Below are positions 18,001 through 25,235 of a stretch of DNA of 64,000 bases, in pieces. The stretch's first letter is position 1. Every line of letters begins with the position of its first letter. Location of the stretch: assembly GCA_013426755.1 (NCBI GenBank), contig AP019861.1, positions 1,254,270-1,318,269 of the forward strand, written 5' to 3'. Made by a program: the position numbers and the translations under genes. The notes beneath the pieces are model-generated. The model saw only the letters and a list, made by a program, of their open reading frames with translations. It did no database searches and was not told the origin of the DNA. This DNA comes from Spirochaetota bacterium (GTDB lineage Bacteria > Spirochaetota > UBA12135 > COTS27).

Positions 18001-19703
18001 GCCCCTGTGGAGGATTGGTAAGTGAGCAGGAATTGTGGGATTTCCTTATCCATTGAGTCACTTCTAAATGGGGTAGGAGAGATAGAAGATAAATTTTCAT
18101 TAGCTATTGAATCACTTCGGAGTTGAGGTGAAGACAAGTTTTTACTACCCATTGAGTCATTTCGGGGTGGGGTAGGAGAAGTAGAAGATAAATTTTCATT
18201 AGTCATTGAATCACTTCGGAATTGAGGTGAATACAAGTTTTCACTACCCATTGAATCATTTCTAAATGGAGTAGGAGAAGTAGAAGATAAATTTTCATTA
18301 GCTATTGAATCACTTCGGGGTGGGTTAGGAGAAGTAGAAGATAAATTTTCATTAGTCATTGAATCACTTCGGAGTTGAGGCGAAGACAAGTTTTCACTAC
18401 CCATTGAATCATTTCTAAATGGAGTAGGAGAAGTAGAAGATAAATTTTCATTAGCTATTGAATCACTTCGGAGTTGAGGTGAAGACAAGTTTTCACTACC
18501 CATTGAGTCATTTCGGGGTGGGGTAGGAGAGGTAGAAGATAAATTTTCATTAGCTATTGAATCACTTCGGAGTTGAGGTGAAGACAAATTTTCATTAGCT
18601 ATTGAATCACTTCGGAGTTGAGGTGAAAACAAGTTTTCACTAACTATTGAATCATTTCTAAATGGAGTAGGAGAGGTAGAAGATAAATTTTTATTAGCTA
18701 TTGAATCACTTCGGAGTTGAGGTGAAGACAAGTTTTCACCACCCATTGAATCATTTCTAAATGGAGTAGGGGTAGGAGAAGTAGGAGAAGCAAAATTGTC
18801 ATTTCCTGCTAGAAAGACACGAATTACTTCCGCTACCAAATTCACTTCTCCCGCAGAAATAGCATGAATCCAAGCATCATAACGACCTTTGAATATTTCC
18901 TCCTTAGGAAATCCTGCTTTTTCAAGGTAGTAATTGGTTTTCCTAGAATATTTCTTCTGCCCAGTACTATTATCACGCATCCTAGCATTATCGTGCATCC
19001 TAGTATTATCGTGTATCCTAGTATTATCATGTATCCTAATATTATCATGCTTCCTAGCATTATGACGCATTCTAGCATTATCACAATTGCCTGCATTGAA
19101 TGTAGAGGTCGCACCCATAGTCGCTGTATTGTTGGTACTGGCATGCTCATTGTGAGTACTGGCACGCTCATTATGAGTATCAATGGTGGTCGTATTGCCG
19201 GTACTGGCATGCTCATTGTGAGTATCAATGGTGGTCGTATTGTTAGCATTGGTGTTTACATTGTGAGTATCAATGGTGGTCGTATTGTTAGCATTGGTGT
19301 TTACATTGTGAGTATCAATGGTGGTCGTATTGTTAGCATTGGTGTTTACATTGTGAGTACCAATGGTGGTCGTATTGTTAGTATTGGTGTTCACATTGTG
19401 AGTATCAATGGTGGTCGTATTGTTCGTGCCAGCGGTACGAATTCCGAGTAGAATGCCGAGACCACGGCGATTTAGAGTACTTTTTAGAGTACTCTTTATA
19501 AGATTGCTTATAGTACTCATAGCATTCACTAGGGCATATTTCAATCTGAGGATCATTCCGTATAGACCAAAATAAAACCAAAGTAAGCCCATCGCACATT
19601 GATAGACCCATTCTATAGGGGAAACTTTTTCTAGCTTCATAGCATTTAACAATTGCTTATAGTACTCATAGTATTCACTAGGGCATTTTTTAACCTGATG
19701 CAT
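15042..19703 (-). CDS. waaA: 3-deoxy-D-manno-octulosonic acid (Kdo) transferase WaaA/KdtA carrying six in-frame tandem-repeat insertions
   Basis: All the conserved WaaA blocks I know from E. coli are present in order: WIHAISAGE (cf. HSVSVGE), VVIENDLWP (cf. METELWP), LASSHEGEE (cf. TSTHEGEE), LIIVPRHPER (cf. LVPRHPER) and GGHNFLEAALHGTPTIYGPH (cf. GGHNPLEAAAHAIPVLMGPH). The blocks are separated by six low-complexity repeat tracts. The ORF-track start at 19703 is probably an over-extension. The Met at 19640 (MKLEKVSPIEW..., followed by a TM helix) is the likelier start. Confidence 0.8.
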   Translation of the reverse strand: MHQVKKCPSEYYEYYKQLLNAMKLEKVSPIEWVYQCAMGLLWFYFGLYGMILRLKYALVNAMSTISNLIKSTLKSTLNRRGLGILLGIRTAGTNNTTTIDTHNVNTNTNNTTTIGTHNVNTNANNTTTIDTHNVNTNANNTTTIDTHNVNTNANNTTTIDTHNEHASTGNTTTIDTHNERASTHNEHASTNNTATMGATSTFNAGNCDNARMRHNARKHDNIRIHDNTRIHDNTRMHDNARMRDNSTGQKKYSRKTNYYLEKAGFPKEEIFKGRYDAWIHAISAGEVNLVAEVIRVFLAGNDNFASPTSPTPTPFRNDSMGGENLSSPQLRSDSIANKNLSSTSPTPFRNDSIVSENLFSPQLRSDSIANENLSSPQLRSDSIANENLSSTSPTPPRNDSMGSENLSSPQLRSDSIANENLSSTSPTPFRNDSMGSENLSSPQLRSDSMTNENLSSTSPNPPRSDSIANENLSSTSPTPFRNDSMGSENLYSPQFRSDSMTNENLSSTSPTPPRNDSMGSKNLSSPQLRSDSIANENLSSISPTPFRSDSMDKEIPQFLLTYQSSTGAERAAAITKHLKIKHNININFCYVPLDFAPILGKYVKTLKPAAPFVVIENDLWPVLLEKLKNNGHHRLLVNYELKGKAGKWYQKFPAVFKWTHRLSHILTCSETTHKIIQKLYSPTPNLSPTSTPTSSADSKLPSTSAANSSTPSADRKLPSTPSADSSNLAADRKLPSTPSADSSNLAADRKLPSTSAANSSTPSADLNNSAADRKLSPTPVPNLSPISTPTSSADRKLPSTPSADSSNSATDSSTPSADRKLPSTSSADLNNSAADRKLPSTSAADSSNSAADSSTPSADLSNLAADRKLSSTSSADSNNSAATGTPIIAAIGNIKYNQGFLQQFKKNNNETFTDIPYPIKRLCKSKFSDLIDYAHMTTTTPQIVTLASSHEGEEQLIVTALSEMLIQPTATVNSTIPPAVKTEISSAVETETPAAMQSNSPSAMKTKISSAMETETPAAMQSNSPSAVKTENSSAVKKEIPAAMQSNSPSAMKTKNSSAVETETPAAMQSDSLSAVKTKISSAVETETPAAMQSNSPSAVKTKNSSAVETENSAAMQSNSPSAVKTKISSAIETENSATIESDATTPPVFLIIVPRHPERGLKLAKQLGKKFAVSYLDKHTLKKFSENNSTIASENNSATISEKNSATISEKNSTTISKNNSTTISEKNSIIASENNSTTISENSNSAIMETHWNAFLTELTNGIPPSKPTHTQKLQNIPYSKHTDYSKHTDYSKHTDHSEHIDHLEHTNHLEHTDHSKHTDHSKHTAHSKHTDHSEHTAHSEHTAHSKHTDHSEHTAHSEHTAHSEHTAHSEHTAHSEHTAHSEHIDHSKHTDHSKHTDHSKHTDHSEHTDHSEYIAHSEHTPRQQQILIIAHLGVLKAIYQSSDLVLIGDTFVRGSGGHNFLEAALHGTPTIYGPHMKAFSDITPHFEQHNGSLRCQSTEIHSLSQELRQLLSDKKKLHALATNAPLLSQQLSYKANLLKIMLHHKPNTKY
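15432..15863. repeat. 18-bp coding repeat x24 (His-rich hexapeptide HS[EK]HT[AD]) inside waaA
   Basis: The unit agctgtatgttctgaatg and variants read as 24 consecutive hexapeptides, running from YSKHTD to HSEHTP. The tract lies between the PRHPER block and the GGHNFLEAA block. Confidence 0.95.
15957..16152. repeat. 24-bp coding repeat x~8 (SENNSTTI) inside waaA
   Basis: The protein tract is SENNSTIASENNSATISEKNSATISEKNSTTISKNNSTTISEKNSIIASENNSTTISE. Confidence 0.9.
16265..16800. repeat. 72-bp coding repeat x~7 (TETPAAMQSNSPSAVKTKISSAVE) inside waaA
   Basis: A 24-aa unit is reiterated between the HEGEE block and the PRHPER block. The antisense ORFs at 16246 and 16268 are shadows of this array. 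Confidence 0.9.
17045..17665. repeat. Irregular in-frame coding repeats (SADRKLPST / SADSSN units) inside waaA
   Basis: The protein tract STPSADRKLPSTPSADSSNLAADRKLPST... is reiterated with variable unit lengths. Confidence 0.85.
18040..18800. repeat. In-frame coding repeats (SPTPFRNDSMGSENLSSPQLRSDSIANENLSST units) inside waaA
   Basis: About 250 aa of reiterated ~16/33-aa units lie immediately after the WIHAISAGE block. Confidence 0.9.
18955..19430. repeat. Two adjacent coding arrays inside waaA: 18-bp (HDN[TA]R[IM]) x~8 and 45-bp (NNTTTIDTHNVNTNA) x~5
   Basis: The protein tracts are HNARKHDNIRIHDNTRIHDNTRMHDNARMRDN and TNNTTTIDTHNVNTNTNNTTTIGTHNVNTNANNTTTIDTHNVNTNA... They lie between the N-terminal TM helix and the first catalytic block. 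Confidence 0.9.
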
Positions 19704-19818
19704 TCACTAGGGCATATTTTAATCTGAGGATCGTTCCGTATAGACCAAAATAAAACCAAAGCAAGCCCATCACACATTGATAGACCCATTCTATAAGGGA
19801 AACTTTTTCTATCTTCAT
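19690..19818 (-). pseudogene. Tandemly duplicated 5' fragment of waaA (42-codon remnant)
   Basis: Hand translation gives MKIEKVSLIEWVYQCVMGLLWFYFGLYGTILRLKYALVNASG*. This is ~90% identical to the waaA N-terminus starting at 19640 (MKLEKVSPIEWVYQCAMGLLWFYFGLYGMILRLKYALVNAMS...). The duplication period is 178 bp. Confidence 0.7.
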
Positions 19819-19920
19819 AGCATTTTAACAATTGTCTTCTTTTGCTTTAACAATTGCCTTCTCTCATTTTATCATGAAAAGAACCATTCGCTTTCCAGCG
19901 TAGCAATGAATAATTTTGGC

Positions 19921-20320
19921 ATTGATTTCAATTGCAGCTTATAGCGTAGTTAACCAATTGATCTCAATTGTAACTCATAGCACAGTTAACCGATTGATCT
20001 CAATTGTAACTTATTTGTAACTCATAGCGTAGTATAACCGATTGATCTCAATTGTAACTCATAGCGTAGTATAACCGATTGATCTCAATTGTAACTCATA
20101 GCGTAGGATAACCAATTGATCTCAATTGTAACTTATAGCATAGTTAACCGATTGAACTCAATTGTAACTCACAGCGTAGTTAACCGATTGATCTCAATTG
20201 CAGCTCATAGCATAGTTAACCAATTGATCTCAATTGTAACTCATAGCGTAGTTAACCAATTGATCTCAATTGTAGCTCATAGAATATCAATGGCAGCATA
20301 TAGAGTAGTGACTCATTGCT
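19921..20320. repeat. Intergenic minisatellite, 36/37-bp unit x~10
   Basis: The unit is attgatctcaattgtaactcatagcgtagttaacc(g/a). Each unit carries the palindromes CAATTG (often twice) and usually GTTAAC. Confidence 0.95.
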
Positions 20321-20386
20321 TAGGCTAAAACCCATAACCTAACTACTTATGACTCAACTCGAGCATTACTCGAGCTAAGTCATTTG

Positions 20387-21015
20387 TTGCTAAGATTTTA
20401 TCTTTGCTGCTAAGATTATCTTTATTGCTAAGATTATCTTTGCTGATAAGATTAGCTTTGTTGCTAAGATTATCTTTGTTGCTAGGATTATCTTTGCTGC
20501 TAAGATTATCTTTATTGCTAAGATTATCTTTGCTGCTAAGATTAGCTTTGTTGCTAAGATTAGCTTTGTTGCTAAGATTATCTTTGCTGCTAAGATTAGC
20601 TTTGTTGCTAAGATTATCTTTATTGCTAAGATTATCTTTGCTGCTAAGATTAGCTTTGTTGATAAGATTAGCTTTGTTGCTAAGATTATCTTTGCTGCTA
20701 AGATTAGCTTTGTTGCTAAGATTATCTTTATTGCTAAGATTAGCTTTATTGCTAAGATTAGCTTTGTTGCTAAGATTATCTTTGCTGCTAAGATTAGCTT
20801 TATTGCTAAGATTATCTTTGCTGCTAAGATTAGCTTTGTTGCTAAGATTAGCTTTGTTGCTAAGATTATCTTTGCTGCTAAGATTAGCTTTGTTGCTAAG
20901 ATTATCTTTGTTGCTAAGATTATCTTTGCTGCTAAGATTAGCTTTGTTGCTAAGATTAGCTTTGTTGCTAAGATTATCTTTATTGCTAAGATTATCTTTG
21001 TTGCTAGGATTGTTT
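20387..21015. repeat. Intergenic minisatellite, 18-bp unit x~35
   Basis: The units ttgctaagattatctttg and ctgctaagattagctttg alternate over about 630 bp. Confidence 0.95.
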
Positions 21016-21439
21016 CTCTATTATTATTAATCCAGTGATGTCAAAAAACTTTAACCCAATTCATATCAGGTATTCGCAACTCAAGAAACTCATCGTTTCC
21101 TCAGCTCAAAGACCAATCAAGTACCTTAAAAAAATATTATCAATAACAACACTTATTCACATATACGCAAAATGACTTCGTTTCACTCACACGTAAAATA
21201 GCCTTGTTTTACTATACGTAAAATAATTTTTTTCATTCGTGCCATTAAGATAATTGGGTGGTCTTCTGTCAAGTTAAAGCATTTCACGCTCTCAGGCGCC
21301 TAGGGTAAAAGTTTTGCTTTCTCCTACCCATGCTTCACCTTTACATGCATTTAATAAGGTTCCAATTTGTCTTATACCCTTTCATACAACCACTAAACCA
21401 ATGCTATTGAATATTCTTTATCATTCTTTATTATTGTTT

Positions 21440-21790
21440 TTTGACGTTTTTTTAGTTGACTTTTTTTTTGAGTGCTCATCTATTGAGTCAAGCTTTTTAT
21501 TGTTAAAAATCCTTTTCTCAATATCGCAGTTTTTTAGTTGACTTTTTTAAAAAATGTCTAGCCATTGAGACAAGTTTTTTATTGTTAAAAATCCTTTTCT
21601 CAATATTACAGTTTTTTAGTTGACTTTCTTTAAAAGTGTCTAGCTATTGAGTCAAGTTTTTTATTGTCAAAAATCCTTTTATCAATTTTTGTCAATATTA
21701 CGATTTTTTAGTTGACTTTTTTTTTTAAGTGCCTATTCATTGAGTCAAGTTTTCATTGAGTCAAGTTTTTTATTGTTAAGAGTCTCTTAT
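21440..21790. repeat. Intergenic tandem repeat, ~82-bp unit x~4
   Basis: The marker tagttgac recurs at 21453, 21535, 21617 and 21709. The units share gagtcaagttttttattgttaaaaatccttttctcaatat...tttttagttgac. One unit has a 10-bp insertion. Confidence 0.9.
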
Positions 21791-21944
21791 TTGTTTGAAT
21801 TGCTCGCTAATTTTCTAGGTCTACCCATTTTAACTTTCTTTGAATGTCATTAAGGATAGCTCCAATTCCTAAAATTAAGTTGTTCACTGCAGAAAATCTC
21901 TCATTCCCCAACTTCCGATAAGTTCCATTATGTTAACTTTGCAC

Positions 21945-22268
21945 ATCTTTAAATTGTAATGACTCTCACAGATATTGTATTAAATTTTATGTTAGTTTTG
22001 TATCTTTTTTAGCTGTAATCATTCATACAGATATTGTGTTAAATCTTATATTAATTTTGTGTCTTTTTTAGCTGCGATGATTCATACAGATGTTGTGTTA
22101 AATCTTATGTTAGTTTTGTATCTTTTTTAGCTGTGATGATTCATACAGATATTGTTAAATCTTATATTAATTTTGTGTCTTTTTTAGCTGTGATGATTCA
22201 TACAGATATTGTGTTAAATCTTATGTTAATTTTGTGCTTTTTTTAATTGTAATCATATTCATACAGTT
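21945..22268. repeat. Intergenic tandem repeat, 59-bp unit x~5.5
   Basis: The unit is attcatacagatattgtgttaaatcttat.ttaattttgtgtcttttttagctg.gatg. The whole unit is conserved, so there is no spacer-like unique part. Confidence 0.95.
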
Positions 22269-22453
22269 CTAATCTGCTTTTATCATAGTTATAACATTGA
22301 TTAAATACAGTCAATTCGTCACAGTCACTCAATATCATCACCGTTACTAAATACAGTCAACTCATTACACTTCATAGTATAATCAGTAGACTACCAGCGA
22401 CTATTTTTTCATTAAGTAGCCTATTTTTCATTACTAAATATATTTCATGCAAA

Positions 22454-23335
22454 ATGGACAGCAATTATTCTATTTACAATGGTGATTGCCTGGCTTGGTT
22501 TAAAGAATATAAAGAGAATAATATTGATCTTACCTTCTTAGATCCGCCATTCAATCAGAACAAAGAATATCGTTATTTTAATGATAATTTGTCAGAAAAT
22601 GAGTACTGGCAATTTATGTTAACAGCCCTCAAAGAAATATATCGCCTTTCTAAACCAGGTGCAAGTATTTATTTCATGCAGAGAGAAAAAAATACACAAT
22701 TCGTTCTAGAAAGCTTAAAAAACGCCGGCTGGACTTTCCACAACTTAATTATCTGGAAAAAAAAAACTTCTGCCGTCCCGTGTAAAAATAAATTTAGCAA
22801 GTCTTATCAGATTATTGCTTACGCTACCAAAGGAACTAAACCAACTACTTTTAATAAACTTCGTATCTCTCCTCCATTACCCGCCCATTATAAATACGAA
22901 AGAAAAAATGGACTTTATCTAACCGATGTTTGGGATGATATACGAGAACTCACATCAGGATATTTTGCTAGTGAAGAAGCCATTAGAAATAAAGACAATT
23001 CAAGATTTCACAAACAACAAACTCCCATTGCACTTCTACTTCGCATCCTACTCTCTTCATCCAAACGTGGAGACCTAATCCTTGATCCTTTTGCCGGTAC
23101 AGGAACTACCCTAGTCACCGCATTTCAATTAGACCGTAAAAGTATCGGCATAGAGATAGACCCTAAAAATATAGCCTGTATTACCTCAAGATTAAACCAT
23201 ATCTCCAAAGGCGACCGTATCAATAAATATTTAGACGACTATAAATACACTCAAAATTTACATTGTCTTCTTAAAGAAACCACCCCTGTTAAAACAGAAC
23301 CCCACCAACCCCTTTTTCAAAAAACACTCGTTTAA
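22454..23335 (+). CDS. DNA methyltransferase, N6-adenine/N4-cytosine family, beta-class motif order
   Basis: 293-aa ORF. The catalytic motif IV, FLDPPFNQ (DPPY-type), is near the N-terminus. The SAM-binding motif I, ILDPFAGTGTTLVTA, is near the C-terminus. The order IV then I defines the beta group. The region is more AT-rich than the flanking housekeeping genes. Confidence 0.85.
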   Translation: MDSNYSIYNGDCLAWFKEYKENNIDLTFLDPPFNQNKEYRYFNDNLSENEYWQFMLTALKEIYRLSKPGASIYFMQREKNTQFVLESLKNAGWTFHNLIIWKKKTSAVPCKNKFSKSYQIIAYATKGTKPTTFNKLRISPPLPAHYKYERKNGLYLTDVWDDIRELTSGYFASEEAIRNKDNSRFHKQQTPIALLLRILLSSSKRGDLILDPFAGTGTTLVTAFQLDRKSIGIEIDPKNIACITSRLNHISKGDRINKYLDDYKYTQNLHCLLKETTPVKTEPHQPLFQKTLV

Positions 23336-23405
23336 TTCCCAAAAATTTTCCTTTAATCTTCACAAGCTAATTCTCAGCCCTCCTCTTTGAGATTTTATCT
23401 ACGAT

Positions 23406-24272
23406 ATGCCGATTTATTCTATTTATCATTTCTTTAAAGAGGTATTAAAAAATAAAAATTTTCTTTTGACCTTAAAAAAATTAGAAAATTTTCCCTTCAA
23501 TTCTAATTTATTAGCTTGTCAAAACAAAGGACTTTTTCCTGATCTAGCTATTCGTATAAATAAAAATTCAAATAAAGATATAGCTTTATTTAGTGGAGGC
23601 GAATTAATAGAATTAAAAGACAGTAAGAGTTACTCCATCGCTTCTTTTAATTCTACCATTCCAACAGGCAAAAAAGAAATCAATAAAGTTATCACTTCTT
23701 CCAGTAGTACAATAAAAAAACAAATGGAAGCTAACGGTAATAATATTTATTCTTTGCCCGTAAGAGATGTCTTTTATTTAATTAGAGGATTAACAAAAAA
23801 TAATACAAAAGTTTGTCTCGTCCACGGCAGTTTCTTTGAAACACTTCCAATCGATAAATTAATTCAAAATAGTCTCGAACAATCTTTAAATGAACGCCTT
23901 CATGAACTTGATAAGAAATTACCAACAAAATGGAAAAATAAATTTTTGTCTTTGTTTACAAAACAAGAAAATTTCAGCCGTGTTAGAAATATCGAAAAAG
24001 CATCCGTAAAACTTCGTTTTAGAATTATGACCGAAATAAAAGCAGAAGGAAATATCTTAAACTCTAAAACATACCCCGAAATCTTAGACAATACTCTTAA
24101 TTTTATTTTACCTCTCCATCAATCCATCGAAGAGAGTAATATCTTTAAAAAAATGAATTTTGTTTTCACTCAAAATCAATTGAACCAATTCAAAATCTTT
24201 AAAATTAAGCACCTGCTCAACGGTTATTTCCTAGTCTTTCAAACAAGTTTATCAAAAAATCAATCAAAGTAA
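23406..24272 (+). CDS. Putative type II restriction endonuclease (candidate PD-ExK nuclease)
   Basis: 288-aa ORF lying 70 bp downstream of, and co-oriented with, the methyltransferase. It contains LFPD-x(22)-ELK (..GLFPDLAIRINKNSNKDIALFSGGELIELKDSK..), which fits the PD-(D/E)XK spacing. I recognise no other family signature. Confidence 0.5.
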   Translation: MPIYSIYHFFKEVLKNKNFLLTLKKLENFPFNSNLLACQNKGLFPDLAIRINKNSNKDIALFSGGELIELKDSKSYSIASFNSTIPTGKKEINKVITSSSSTIKKQMEANGNNIYSLPVRDVFYLIRGLTKNNTKVCLVHGSFFETLPIDKLIQNSLEQSLNERLHELDKKLPTKWKNKFLSLFTKQENFSRVRNIEKASVKLRFRIMTEIKAEGNILNSKTYPEILDNTLNFILPLHQSIEESNIFKKMNFVFTQNQLNQFKIFKIKHLLNGYFLVFQTSLSKNQSK

Positions 24273-24339
24273 ATTATTTCCAAACTTAATCTCCTCGCCT
24301 TATTACTCCACTCTTCTTACCGGAAGATCAGGTCAATTA

Positions 24340-25185
24340 TTAAAATGCAACGCTTTCTTTTTTAAGTAGTTCTGTAAAATTGATATAATCAACGTCAAAC
24401 TCCTCACAAACATTGGGAATCTTTATCTTCTTTGCCATTGGACCAGATTTAGTTTCTGCTGTAACAACCGTTATTCTCATATCAATAGCTTTAGCAATAA
24501 GCAATCCGTCTGCAGCTAATTCGTCTGAGCCACCCATGCCCATGAAGTCCTGGTTAATTTCTTGAATATCCCTCCTTGATTTTACCTTCTTATCTTTTTT
24601 ATTTATATAATAATCAGCTATCTTAATTATTTCCTTTTTTACATGCTCTGAAACGATTTTACGCGAAGCACTGCTATTATCTAATATCAGTTTCTTTTTT
24701 AGAGGTTTTAATATCGATTCTAGAGATTCTAATATCAGTTTTAGAGATTTTGATATCTGTTCCTTTTCACTCGAAGCACTGACATCATTTAATATTAGTT
24801 CTAGAGATTTTGATATCTGTTCATCCTTTGGTAAAGATTTATGATGTATTAGCGTACTAGCATGATGATTTAATATATTGGTAATTAAGCTTTTTGCTTT
24901 ATCATGTACAGCGTCAATTGTCTGTATTTTCCCAGACTGAATATTTTGCTTAATAATCTTATCAAGAGATCTAAATAATATATTGATAATCGAGCTTTGG
25001 GCTTGATTGTATACAGCGTCAATTGTCTGTATTTTCTCAGACTGAATATTTTGCCTAATAATCTTATCGAGAGATCTAAATACATCATGAGGGTAAAATC
25101 TTTCTAAATTGATAAAACAATTAGCATCTAGTAAATACTTAGACTGAAACGTCTTAATGAATTGAGAAGCAGTTTTCTGTTCCAC
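24340..25185 (-). CDS. DUF4411-type PIN-like nuclease (putative toxin) with internal duplications
   Basis: 281-aa ORF. The N-terminal YLLDANCFINLERFYPHDVF and the C-terminal AADGLLIAKAIDMRITVVTAETKSG...KIPNVCEEFDVDYINFTELL match the two conserved ends of the DUF4411 PIN-like family as I recall it. The middle contains a 35-aa tandem duplication and SKSLxLIL repeats. Confidence 0.65.
   Translation of the reverse strand: MEQKTASQFIKTFQSKYLLDANCFINLERFYPHDVFRSLDKIIRQNIQSEKIQTIDAVYNQAQSSIINILFRSLDKIIKQNIQSGKIQTIDAVHDKAKSLITNILNHHASTLIHHKSLPKDEQISKSLELILNDVSASSEKEQISKSLKLILESLESILKPLKKKLILDNSSASRKIVSEHVKKEIIKIADYYINKKDKKVKSRRDIQEINQDFMGMGGSDELAADGLLIAKAIDMRITVVTAETKSGPMAKKIKIPNVCEEFDVDYINFTELLKKESVAF
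24874..25083. repeat. 105-bp coding tandem duplication (35 aa x2) inside the PIN-like gene
   Basis: acagcgtcaattgtctgtatttt occurs at 24908 and 25013. The protein copies are FRSLDKIIRQNIQSEKIQTIDAVYNQAQSSIINIL and FRSLDKIIKQNIQSGKIQTIDAVHDKAKSLITNIL. Confidence 0.9.
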
Positions 25186-25235
25186 AGTATAGAATACACC
25201 ACTTACAATAAATAAAAAATTATTGTTCTAACCTC

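Noticed and set aside
15434-19831. Antisense or alternate-frame ORFs within waaA (15434-15901, 15886-16179, 16058-16249, 16246-16902, 16268-16810, 17014-17757, 18842-19249, 18864-19451, 19405-19611, 19646-19831).
   Set aside because: - Each coincides with one of the repeat tracts of waaA and inherits its periodicity.
- Only the minus-strand long frame carries recognisable enzyme motifs.
20404-21030. A 208-aa Leu-rich ORF (LLRLSLLLRLAL...).
   Set aside because: - It is simply one open frame of the 18-bp minisatellite, and a second frame of the same strand is also open.
- There is no start context and no non-repeat sequence, so it cannot be distinguished from non-coding DNA.
21440-22268. Possible CRISPR arrays (regular ~82-bp and 59-bp periodicities).
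   Set aside because: - The entire unit is conserved from copy to copy, so there are no unique spacers.
- The units are AT-rich without the usual repeat-end signatures.
- No cas genes are present in the window.
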